64,000 bases of DNA, taken from a virus. How positions within the stretch are numbered: position 1 is the first letter of the stretch; every line of letters starts with the position of its first letter. The position numbers were made by a program, and so were the translations under genes. The notes below the pieces were generated by a model that saw nothing but the letters and a program-made list of their open reading frames with translations, made no database searches and was not told where the DNA came from. Positions 39,784 through 48,212 of this stretch are shown in pieces. The stretch covers positions 96,001-160,000 of IMG/VR virus record IMGVR_UViG_3300020190_000007, one strand, 5' to 3'.

Positions 39784-40202
39784 TATGTGGCTATGTGAGC
39801 CATTGAGAGGATAGTCAACTGACCATCACATCAAACCACGGAGTGGTTCTGTTTTGGTCCTTAGCGGTGACAAAAGTATCAATGCAAACGTCTTACTTCT
39901 AACAAACAACTATCAGATACGAAAACCAGACACACAATTTCCACATAACTTCTTAGACGGCTATGTATTGGGTTACTTCTGCTAGGGGACTAATGTCCCC
40001 CCTTCTATAACAATTATATGTTACATTACCCGTACTTTTTCCGTCAATCATATTGAGTGGCTATCTATCAACTTACTTCTAAATTTTAAGCAAAAAATCA
40101 AAAATTAGTTGTAGTCTTTCCACTTTTAAAACACACATGGATATGTGTTCAGTTATTTCTACTTTGACCGATAATCAAAACAATTATTGACACAGTTTCC
40201 AT
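39784..40202 (+). ncRNA. Array of four structured RNAs (39784-39947, 39956-40045, 40056-40124, 40137-40202)
   Basis: Each unit has GG(C/A)TAT...TTA(C/T)TTCT...TTTCC with three stems that show compensatory changes between units. Confidence 0.8.
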
Positions 40203-40243
40203 TTTTTAAAAACAACAAAATAAATAACATAAAAACAACAATT

Positions 40244-40690
40244 ATGGCAACAAAAACAACTGACCAGAAAGTAAAAGAACTATTCGATTTAGTTCAAAGT
40301 AAAAAATTAGCAATTGAAAAAGCTGAAAGACCTTGTTGGAAAACCAGCGGTAACTTTGGTTATTCAGCGAATTCCGCACATGACAGGACATCAATTCCAA
40401 CTATCACAGATGTACGTAAAATCGTAGAGATGTACGCATTTCTGATGGAAAGAAAAGATAAATCCGAAACCGCAGCCAAAGAACTTGGCGTAAACTACAA
40501 ATTCACATGGTTAGGATTTACTGTCGATGAATGGAAAGATGATTTTCAAACAAGAGTAAATCAAATTTTAATTCAAGAAAAACGTAAAGAACTTTCTGAA
40601 ATTGAATCTCGTTTGAATTCATTAATTTCACCCGAGATAAGAGTACAAATGGAATTGGAAGCAATCACGGAGTTACTTAACGAAAAGTAA
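40244..40690 (+). CDS. Hypothetical coiled-coil protein (probable start 40244)
   Basis: A-rich leader before ATG; the longer ORF call overlaps RNA unit 4. Confidence 0.7.
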   Translation: MATKTTDQKVKELFDLVQSKKLAIEKAERPCWKTSGNFGYSANSAHDRTSIPTITDVRKIVEMYAFLMERKDKSETAAKELGVNYKFTWLGFTVDEWKDDFQTRVNQILIQEKRKELSEIESRLNSLISPEIRVQMELEAITELLNEK

Positions 40691-40747
40691 TTTCTTGGTT
40701 TTTTAAACCAAGTGGTGGAGTCGAACCGAGAAACCGGTCGTCCTAAA

Positions 40748-40778
40748 AAGGGGTTGGGTGACTAACCCCTTCTTTTTT
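40748..40778 (+). terminator. Intrinsic terminator
   Basis: AAGGGGTTGG-GTGA-CTAACCCCTT followed by a T-run. Confidence 0.8.
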
Positions 40779-40806
40779 AAACATATTTTTTGATATATTT
40801 ACAAAT

Positions 40807-41526
40807 ATGAGAATAGTATGTATTTCTGACACCCACTCTTTACACAATGGTATGTTGTATAACATACCACAGGGAGATATTTTGATACACTCAGGAGATT
40901 GCACAAATGTCGGACGACAAAATGATGTTCGTGATTTTATTAATTGGTTTCAAAATATACAAGGATTTACCCATAAAATTTTCATTGCAGGTAACCACGA
41001 TTTTGCGTTTCAAAGAAAACCAACATGGTTAAATCTTTACATAGACCCATCAATTCTCACAGAAAATAATGTTACTTATTTGGAAGATGGTGAGTTGGAA
41101 ATTATTAGTTCAGAATTCTCAAGACCAATAAAAATTTATGGTTCTCCATGGCAACCTGAATTTTTTGATTGGGCATTTAATTTACCAAGAAACGGTGAGG
41201 TGTTAAAAGAAAAATGGGACTCAATCCCAAATAATACCGATATCTTAATAACACATGGTCCACCACATGGAATTAGAGATTTTACACCCAATAATTTACA
41301 GGTCGGATGTGAACTTTTAAGAGAGCGTGTTGAAGTTTTAAAACCACTTTTACATGTTTTTGGTCACATACATGGTGCATATGGTGTTGCAATGATTGGC
41401 GATACAGTATTTGCTAACGCATCAACTTGTACAGAAAGGTATCGACCAATAAATAAACCATTAGTTTTTGATTTAATCGAAAATGATGGTATATTTACAA
41501 TAAATTATATAGACGAAGAAAATTAA
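40807..41526 (+). CDS. Calcineurin-like metallophosphoesterase
   Basis: ISDTH, HSGD, AGNHD, THGPP, FGHIH. Confidence 0.92.
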   Translation: MRIVCISDTHSLHNGMLYNIPQGDILIHSGDCTNVGRQNDVRDFINWFQNIQGFTHKIFIAGNHDFAFQRKPTWLNLYIDPSILTENNVTYLEDGELEIISSEFSRPIKIYGSPWQPEFFDWAFNLPRNGEVLKEKWDSIPNNTDILITHGPPHGIRDFTPNNLQVGCELLRERVEVLKPLLHVFGHIHGAYGVAMIGDTVFANASTCTERYRPINKPLVFDLIENDGIFTINYIDEEN

Positions 41527-41527
41527 C

Positions 41528-41550
41528 TATCTTTGTCTTGTTCTTTGACT
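41528..41550 (+). promoter_or_regulatory. TAnnTTTG promoter element plus boxA-like element before tmRNA
   Basis: TATCTTTG at 41528; TGTTCTTTGACT at 41539. Confidence 0.6.
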
Positions 41551-41553
41551 TAT

Positions 41554-42129
41554 GGGGGTGTATGGAATTGATTGGCGTTGATATGGTAAATGGGCACGTA
41601 GTCGGATGTCATCTACGACTTTAATCCACGGTGGTAAATTTTAAACGGCAACGTTTATAACCAAATGGAAGTAGCAGGTCTTCTTGCGACTTCTAAAGTT
41701 GCAGCCTAATTGGTTGTAACTAACGGGTCGACGGACAGATAACCTTGGAACAGAAGTCCTTGTAGGGTGTGGTTTCTATCCTAAAAGAAACAAAGTGGAA
41801 GATTAGTTCTCAGTAAACCGAACCACTTTAAAATAAGGGAATTGTGAATTTCGGAGTATTAGAAAATACTGTCCTAAACGTGTAGTCCATTTATTGTATT
41901 GCGAGCAAGACGCGGGTTTTTAATCGAGCCCCTTCATATCGTGAGATATGTCGAAAATCGGATGAACTCAGGGGAAGTCTTTTAGATAATCCTGAGCCAA
42001 GCCTGATAGGAACAGGAAGGTGCAGAGACTAGTGGGTGATAGACGCTTCTATCGTAATACCACATTAGCGTCCGACATCTCGTTGAGATGATGATATAGT
42101 CCAATAATTGTCGAAACCCGCCACCTCCA
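41554..42129 (+). ncRNA. ssrA: tmRNA, intron-containing
   Basis: GGGGGTG/CACCTCC-A acceptor with G3-U70; tag ORF 41647-41709 GNVYNQMEVAGLLATSKVAA*; T-arm GCGGG-TTCGAAA-CCCGC after splicing. Confidence 0.93.
41918..42110 (+). mobile_element. Group I intron (193 nt, IC3-like) in the tmRNA T-loop
   Basis: AATCCTGAGCCAA, GTGCAGAGACT and GATATAGTCC core elements; 5' exon ends in U, intron ends in G; internal guide TCGA-GCCC pairs with both exons. Confidence 0.9.
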
Positions 42130-42133
42130 CATT

Positions 42134-42168
42134 AAAGGGAACCTCAAAAGGGTTCCCTTTTATTTTTA
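42134..42168. terminator. Terminator between tmRNA and the convergent HNH gene
   Basis: AAAGGGAACC-TCAAAAG-GGTTCCCTTT plus T-run. Confidence 0.8.
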
Positions 42169-42665
42169 ATTAAAATACTAATTAATTCATGAATATACGC
42201 ATCATCCATTTCATTTTTCATCCAATTAATTGCCCTTGAAACCCATCTAACATTTCCTTTAACATAACCTAATTTATTATCTATCCTATCTAAAGACGCA
42301 GAATATATTGGATTCTTTTTTATTTTGGTATATGATGACAACTCTAATTTTATACCACTGAATGGACAAATTCCATTTTGTAAAACCCATTGATTAGACA
42401 AATCTTCAATAGTTAAATCAATAATTTGATTTCTTTTTTTAATATTTCTAAAATGATATTTGAATTTTGAATATTCCCCACCTCTATTATTTGAGTGTCT
42501 TTGTATATCGTATCGATTTTTAACGTTTAATAAATTTTTAGTATTGTTAATACCAACACAATTTCTTGAACAAAAATTAGGTCTATTTAATTTTTTATTA
42601 CGATTTAATTCAGAATTTGATTTTTCAAATTCAATCCCACAGCTTGAACAAATACATTTTCCCAT
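42144..42665 (-). CDS. Free-standing HNH-type endonuclease with N-terminal zinc finger
   Basis: CSSC, FCSRNC, CPFSG, SLDRIDNKLGYVKGNVRWV...N.MK. Confidence 0.8.
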   Translation of the reverse strand: MGKCICSSCGIEFEKSNSELNRNKKLNRPNFCSRNCVGINNTKNLLNVKNRYDIQRHSNNRGGEYSKFKYHFRNIKKRNQIIDLTIEDLSNQWVLQNGICPFSGIKLELSSYTKIKKNPIYSASLDRIDNKLGYVKGNVRWVSRAINWMKNEMDDAYIHELISILIKNKREPF

Positions 42666-42730
42666 TTTATTACTTTATTATAAATATGGAGATAATGGGA
42701 AAAGTATGGAGGTGTTACTAATTAAATAAT

Positions 42731-42900
42731 AAACCCACCAATTGGTGGGTTTTTTGTTTTAAGGACACTTTGTCCTCGATATTGTCTTTGAGAGGTATAT
42801 AACGAACAAAGAGGTCAATTCAGACCCCTTTGCCGAGATGTGGAATACCTCCTTTCGTTTTTAGTCTAATTATCATCTCATGGCGACCAAACCATTTGAT
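42731..42900 (-). ncRNA. Candidate small RNA B displaying an extended SD sequence
   Basis: TATTTATA on the minus strand at 42914-42907, terminator hairpin 42731-42752, stem GAGAUG/CAUCUC around a loop containing GAAAGGAGGUAUUCCA, then a 12-bp hairpin. Confidence 0.6.
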
Positions 42901-42929
42901 TCTAATTATAAATATCTTGTAATCTTAAT

Positions 42930-43892
42930 TTAGACGTATTTTTTTGCTAAAGTTTTTAATAAACCTATACCTAAAATTCCAGCTAAGGGGTTCACAGATT
43001 CCCCTCCTTGATTTGTGTTTGAATCACCTTCAATTTGACTTAAATCATCGGGAGTCGTGTTTTGTGCAATGTATTGACTAACTGTTGGGTCATTAGCTAA
43101 AGCATTTTTAAATCTATCATCAAGCATCGCTCTATCGAGTTGGTTCATACTTAAATTGGGTAAGCCAAACATTTTTGCAACTTGACTTGATATGACAATT
43201 GACCTAAACATGTCTTTTCTTGATTGTCTTCCTGCTCTTGTTATATTCCACCATTTACTCAACCAATTGCTAGGTTCCATACCTTTTTTCGCAATATACT
43301 GAGCTAATTTTTCTTCTCTAAAGAATGCTTTCATACCTGTTGCCACAGGTCCTCTACCTGACATCATTTTAAGATAACCAGCCGAAGGTTGTGTTGCAAT
43401 CTCTTTACCAATTCTTTGAGTCATTTGTACAGGTCTTAATTTAGATGCTGTGGTTTTTAGAGAACTAAGACCATCAGTCATTTTTTGACCCCAACCCTTG
43501 TTTATATTTGATACTGAATTTATTGTTTGTTTTACACCAGCATCGTCAAAGTGTTTTGACATCTTTAAGAATTGTTCTTTCGCACTTGGATTTTGCATCA
43601 AGTATTTAGCTAAATCATCACTACTCCTAAGAGCTGTTTTACCAGCAATACCTGCGCTCTTTAATACTCGAATAAATGGTTTAACTATAAAGTCACCCAC
43701 TGTAGGTATAAGCGCGACTAACATCAATGCTGCGTATAGATATTCTTTTTTATAGATATATCTAATAATCAATATAATGTCAGCGATTTCACCAATTACA
43801 GGTACAAATCCCGCTACCATTAGAATATTTTCTAATGTATCTTCTTTTAATACTTTTTTATTTTCTATTATTTGTTTTTTAGTGAATTCCAT
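42930..43892 (-). CDS. Putative virion protein with pre-toxin TG-like hydrophobic motif
   Basis: AGFVPVIGEIAD...AALMLVALIPTVGD. Confidence 0.6.
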   Translation of the reverse strand: MEFTKKQIIENKKVLKEDTLENILMVAGFVPVIGEIADIILIIRYIYKKEYLYAALMLVALIPTVGDFIVKPFIRVLKSAGIAGKTALRSSDDLAKYLMQNPSAKEQFLKMSKHFDDAGVKQTINSVSNINKGWGQKMTDGLSSLKTTASKLRPVQMTQRIGKEIATQPSAGYLKMMSGRGPVATGMKAFFREEKLAQYIAKKGMEPSNWLSKWWNITRAGRQSRKDMFRSIVISSQVAKMFGLPNLSMNQLDRAMLDDRFKNALANDPTVSQYIAQNTTPDDLSQIEGDSNTNQGGESVNPLAGILGIGLLKTLAKKYV

Positions 43893-44494
43893 TAGTGAAT
43901 AAATTTACATATTTTGTCTGATATGGTTTCACCTATATTAGAATCTTTTATTACTTCACCAAATATATTTCCAGCAAAACCTGAAGATAAACCTCCTAAA
44001 TTTAATCCGTAATTATTCCTATCTACACCAACAGCAGAACCTGCCACATATCTTGATAAAGCTTCTAATACCCCATCAACCATTTTTGGCATATGAGACA
44101 TACAATTCGGTTCATCTTTAAAAGGTTTAAGTATGTCTCTAACATCATAATCAGCAAAAACCACTGAGATGGTTGTAATCATTCCTTGATTCTTACCACC
44201 AAAAATAAATGTTAATAATAGATTGATTGCGTACTCTTTCAATTGCGAACCACCCGCACTTAATAAATCATCACCAGTTAAGTCAAGACCCGATAATGGA
44301 TTTTCAACTTCATTAAGTACAGACTCAACTTCTTCAAAGGAATATCCTTCATTTAAAAGACCAGAGGTTATAACAAAGTATCTTTCAAGAAAATACTCCT
44401 TATCTCTGATGTCATTTAATTCATCATAAGATTCGTACAACTTTCTTTCTCTTTCTTCGAGTAGAGTTTCTTTAATGTATTTCCTTAATTCCAT
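43892..44494 (-). CDS. Hypothetical protein
   Basis: ORF in the operon. Confidence 0.7.
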   Translation of the reverse strand: MELRKYIKETLLEERERKLYESYDELNDIRDKEYFLERYFVITSGLLNEGYSFEEVESVLNEVENPLSGLDLTGDDLLSAGGSQLKEYAINLLLTFIFGGKNQGMITTISVVFADYDVRDILKPFKDEPNCMSHMPKMVDGVLEALSRYVAGSAVGVDRNNYGLNLGGLSSGFAGNIFGEVIKDSNIGETISDKICKFIH

Positions 44495-44505
44495 TGTCTA
44501 TATTT

Positions 44506-46599
44506 TTATCTTATTCCTCTGTCTCCACCTGAAGATGTTAGTCCATATCTTCTCTTCATTCTAGTTACACCACTTCCAACACCAAAGTTGTACTGTTGCA
44601 TACAGAATTTAAGTTGTTGTTTTTCTTTATCCGTAGCAGTTGCTTTACCCGCGGATTGGTCTCTATCGTTAATTGTGTCAAACAAATTTTTACAAGTTCT
44701 TCTATTTAAAGAGGCTTCAGGTTTAACAGTTGTGTCTCCACCTGATGTTGGTTTTGGTGAAACAGTTCCACCACCCTGTACAGGTGGTGTTACGGTTGTT
44801 CCAGTACTAGCAATTGTAGTTCCTGTATTAACCGTGGTACCTGTTTGTGATACTTTTTTACATTTACTGATAATTCCATTATATGTGATTTCATCAATAA
44901 CATCCATACCAAATTTATTTCTCATTTGAGATAAAGTTAATGGCCCAAAATTACCCGTTTGGTATTTCGATTCCATCCCTAAACATCTTTGTACTTCTCT
45001 AATTTTTTCATTCTTACAACCAAATCTGAATGGGAACGCATCACATTGATAATATTTTATTGGTTGAGGCACTGGTATTGGTTTATCACCGTCACCGCCT
45101 CCACCTTCTTCTTTTTTCTTTTCACCATCCCATGTAATTTCAATACCAGATAAATCTGCGGTTTGATTACCTCCTTGATTTTCACCACCACCTGTTTTAC
45201 CAGATTCGATTTGTTTAATAAGTTCATACATTTTATTTTTAGATAAAACTGAACTTGCTTGGAATGTTGCGATGTAATCTAATGATTTTTTTAACGAACC
45301 ACTTCCTAATCCTGAGTCTTTATATAATTGTAAGAAATCTTTTCCTTTTGGACTTTTTGCATATTTTGCCAATAATGTTCTTGCCTGTACCAAGTCACCA
45401 CCCGAAACCGGAAAGTCTAACAAATCAATCATTGTCTCAACGTCGTTTGTCATTTCGGTTTCGGATTGTTCATTAATTACAAATGATTCAGGAATTGTTT
45501 GAATTTTACCTTGTTTACATTTCCAATTACCTCTTTTAGATGCATCATCACTAATAACTCTACCATTCATGTAGAAATTTAACCCACCTAAACTATCGTA
45601 TTCTGAGTTACCTGTGTTTTTAACATAAACTATTGGGGAACCGTCAGATGATTCTTCAATTTGTGCAGAACCATTATCAATAAGGTTTCTTAAACATTCT
45701 GCCATTCCATCGATTAAATTTGGGTCAACTTTTTTACCCTCCTCATCAACAACAACAACGTCACTTCCGTCTGAATCGGTTAATAAAGAGTAAATGAAGT
45801 ATGCACCACCGGCCAATAATGCCCATTGTAATAATTTTTTAGTAACGGTAACTTTTTTAATACCATCTTCGATAACAGTTTTTTTCTTACCGAATTTTTC
45901 CCACATTTTTTTCAACCACTCGTGGTATTTTTTACCACCACCAGCAATCATAACTTCTTTACCTTTTGAGATTTTAGAAGCTTCCTCAGCCGTCTTAGCA
46001 GCATCTTTACCCGCTCCTGTGGCTTTTTTGGTGGTATCACCAGCCCTTTTTGCGACTGCCTTGTCTACAGCTTTCGCGGTAACTTTAGTAGAACCACCCG
46101 CATCTTGTGCTGCTTTTTTCAACATAGCCTCAGCTTCTTTACCCTCAATACCAAATTTAGCCATTGTTTCTTGTGCTAACTTTAGTTTAGACGCATCTGC
46201 AGCCATTTGTGTTCCTTTTGGAAATACTTGTTTTGCAATTTCCTTAAATTCAGGTTGAGTTCTTAAAAGTCCTTTCATTTTAATTGCAACTTCAGGAACA
46301 TTCTTGATTGCATATTTTACAATTTCTGCAGACTCAACAGAGGTAATTTTACCAGCCTCAGCGGCTGCTTTAAATTCTGCGGCACTTTTAAATTTATTTC
46401 CAATTGCTGGAATTTCAGTTTTAAGTGTTTGCCATAACGCTTTTTCCACTTCAACTGTTCTTGCTAAGGTTTTTACCAAATCTTGGAACATTCTTAACTG
46501 TTCATTAAGAGGTTCTTCTGTTTTTGATTTAACTTTATTATCAATTGACTCCATTAGAGTCAGATACTTTCTTATTAGGATTGCGTCTTTGTTTTCCAT
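44506..46599 (-). CDS. Large protein with TM segment, peptidoglycan-binding-like motif and Thr-rich linker
   Basis: WALLAGGAYFIYSLL; GCKNEKIREVQRCLG...GNFGPLT. Confidence 0.6.
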   Translation of the reverse strand: MENKDAILIRKYLTLMESIDNKVKSKTEEPLNEQLRMFQDLVKTLARTVEVEKALWQTLKTEIPAIGNKFKSAAEFKAAAEAGKITSVESAEIVKYAIKNVPEVAIKMKGLLRTQPEFKEIAKQVFPKGTQMAADASKLKLAQETMAKFGIEGKEAEAMLKKAAQDAGGSTKVTAKAVDKAVAKRAGDTTKKATGAGKDAAKTAEEASKISKGKEVMIAGGGKKYHEWLKKMWEKFGKKKTVIEDGIKKVTVTKKLLQWALLAGGAYFIYSLLTDSDGSDVVVVDEEGKKVDPNLIDGMAECLRNLIDNGSAQIEESSDGSPIVYVKNTGNSEYDSLGGLNFYMNGRVISDDASKRGNWKCKQGKIQTIPESFVINEQSETEMTNDVETMIDLLDFPVSGGDLVQARTLLAKYAKSPKGKDFLQLYKDSGLGSGSLKKSLDYIATFQASSVLSKNKMYELIKQIESGKTGGGENQGGNQTADLSGIEITWDGEKKKEEGGGGDGDKPIPVPQPIKYYQCDAFPFRFGCKNEKIREVQRCLGMESKYQTGNFGPLTLSQMRNKFGMDVIDEITYNGIISKCKKVSQTGTTVNTGTTIASTGTTVTPPVQGGGTVSPKPTSGGDTTVKPEASLNRRTCKNLFDTINDRDQSAGKATATDKEKQQLKFCMQQYNFGVGSGVTRMKRRYGLTSSGGDRGIR

Positions 46600-46614
46600 T
46601 TTTTTATTTTTAAT

Positions 46615-47916
46615 TTATTGATTATCCATTTGTTTAAATTTATTGATTAAAGCCTGCATATCGGTTTGTGCCGCCTGTTTTAAGGTTTCGTCATTACTTG
46701 CGTATTGGGCAATTGCTTGGTCAGCTTTTGCTTTCTCTTGTTTTAATTTATTTTCATCTTCTTTAGCCTTACTTTCCGCATATTTCTCCACACCTTTCAT
46801 ACCAAGAGCAAATGCGGTACCTGTTTTAGCACCTTTAAATGCTGCCCTCTCTAATTCCGCTGCGGTTTTAGTTTTTAGTGCGGTTTTTAATGGATTAACA
46901 ACATCAGTTTTAACACCTTGAACTATTGTTTTACCAAGACCTGGCCCCTCTGCAGCTTTACTAAAGGCATTTTGTAGTTTTTTAACAACCTCACCAATTT
47001 TATTCTTAGCGATGTTTATCATTTCTGTTACCTTAGAACCACCCAAAGTTTTTGCCAACCATTCAATTGGTTTTAAAATCATATTACTAATGAAACTAAC
47101 ACCCTTTCCTAAAAGTTGTAATAATTGTTTGATACCAGGTAATTTTGCTAATTTAGCAATACTTCTACCTGTTGCTTTTATTGCACCACCTAAGGCCTTT
47201 GCAGCGCCACCTGTTAAAAGTAAACCAAGAAGACAAACACCAATATCAAGATAAGACCATATGCTATTTTCAATTTTACCTGTGAACAGTTGATATATTT
47301 TCCATATTCCAAGAGCGCCCCATAAGATTGCTCCCGCGATTTTACCCACACCTATTGCCATTAATGCAACTTCAATACCAATGGTTACGGGATTCAATAA
47401 AAATGCTTCGAGTTTTTCAAAAAACCAAGGAAGTCCTTTATTTAAAATCCAAGAACCAGCTTGTTTGACTTTATCCCAAACATATGAAGCCCCTTGTTTG
47501 ACTTTTCCCCACGTATCATCCAACCATCCTTCCAACAATTCTGAAGGTGTGACAGGGAATACTTCTAACATTTTTGTTTTGACAAAATCCCAAGATTCCT
47601 CAATTGTTCTATATGTAGTCAGACTAAATTCTTCGGTTGATTCATAAATGAGATGCATACCAAATCTTATTTCATATTCCGAAACAATACCTCTATCGTG
47701 TGTGATTAGTGGGTATATTAATTGTTTCATCTTTGAAAACAAATCAGTAGATTCCATTAATTTATATTTGTAACTGTGTGTAAACTGATTTTTGAACATT
47801 TCACAAACAACGGATGGGTGGGCGTGATTTAAATCAAATTTTATTCCCGTTTCTAAATCTACAACCATAGTTTCTAGTTGTACATATCTTCTATCTTTAC
47901 TAACAGTAAAATCCAT
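46615..47916 (-). CDS. Putative membrane-inserting virion protein
   Basis: Central Gly/Ala-rich hydrophobic helices. Confidence 0.6.
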   Translation of the reverse strand: MDFTVSKDRRYVQLETMVVDLETGIKFDLNHAHPSVVCEMFKNQFTHSYKYKLMESTDLFSKMKQLIYPLITHDRGIVSEYEIRFGMHLIYESTEEFSLTTYRTIEESWDFVKTKMLEVFPVTPSELLEGWLDDTWGKVKQGASYVWDKVKQAGSWILNKGLPWFFEKLEAFLLNPVTIGIEVALMAIGVGKIAGAILWGALGIWKIYQLFTGKIENSIWSYLDIGVCLLGLLLTGGAAKALGGAIKATGRSIAKLAKLPGIKQLLQLLGKGVSFISNMILKPIEWLAKTLGGSKVTEMINIAKNKIGEVVKKLQNAFSKAAEGPGLGKTIVQGVKTDVVNPLKTALKTKTAAELERAAFKGAKTGTAFALGMKGVEKYAESKAKEDENKLKQEKAKADQAIAQYASNDETLKQAAQTDMQALINKFKQMDNQ

Positions 47917-47957
47917 TTTTTTGTGTTTCTATATAATAAATATCATATAAATATCAT

Positions 47958-48212
47958 TTATTTGAGTGGATTTCCATGACCTCTTTTTAAAACTGAACCA
48001 ACCACGTCCGACCATTTGGTCACACCAATTTGATTGCCAGGCCCTCTAGTTACACCGCTTTCCCATTTTCCAACCTCAGGATAACCTTGTTTGCTACCTG
48101 AACTACCAACACCACTGGACGGTTGTGCCGCGGATGGGTCATTACCTTGCTCATCTAATTGAGCACTATCTACAATTTTTTTATATTGTTTTTCTGAGAT
48201 TATAATCTTCAT
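47958..48212 (-). CDS. Small phage protein
   Basis: MKIIISEKQYKK N-terminus; late motif upstream. Confidence 0.65.
   Translation of the reverse strand: MKIIISEKQYKKIVDSAQLDEQGNDPSAAQPSSGVGSSGSKQGYPEVGKWESGVTRGPGNQIGVTKWSDVVGSVLKRGHGNPLK

Noticed and set aside
39784-40202. CRISPR array
   Set aside because: Conserved parts are short, split and base-paired across each unit, unit lengths are irregular, and no cas genes are in the window
40693-40745. Possible tRNA or ribozyme after the 40244 ORF
   Set aside because: A GGTTCGACTCC-like word on the minus strand has no supporting cloverleaf or catalytic core
42841-42856. 16S rRNA gene fragment
   Set aside because: Only 16 nt resemble the 16S tail and the flanks are not rRNA; treated as part of candidate RNA B
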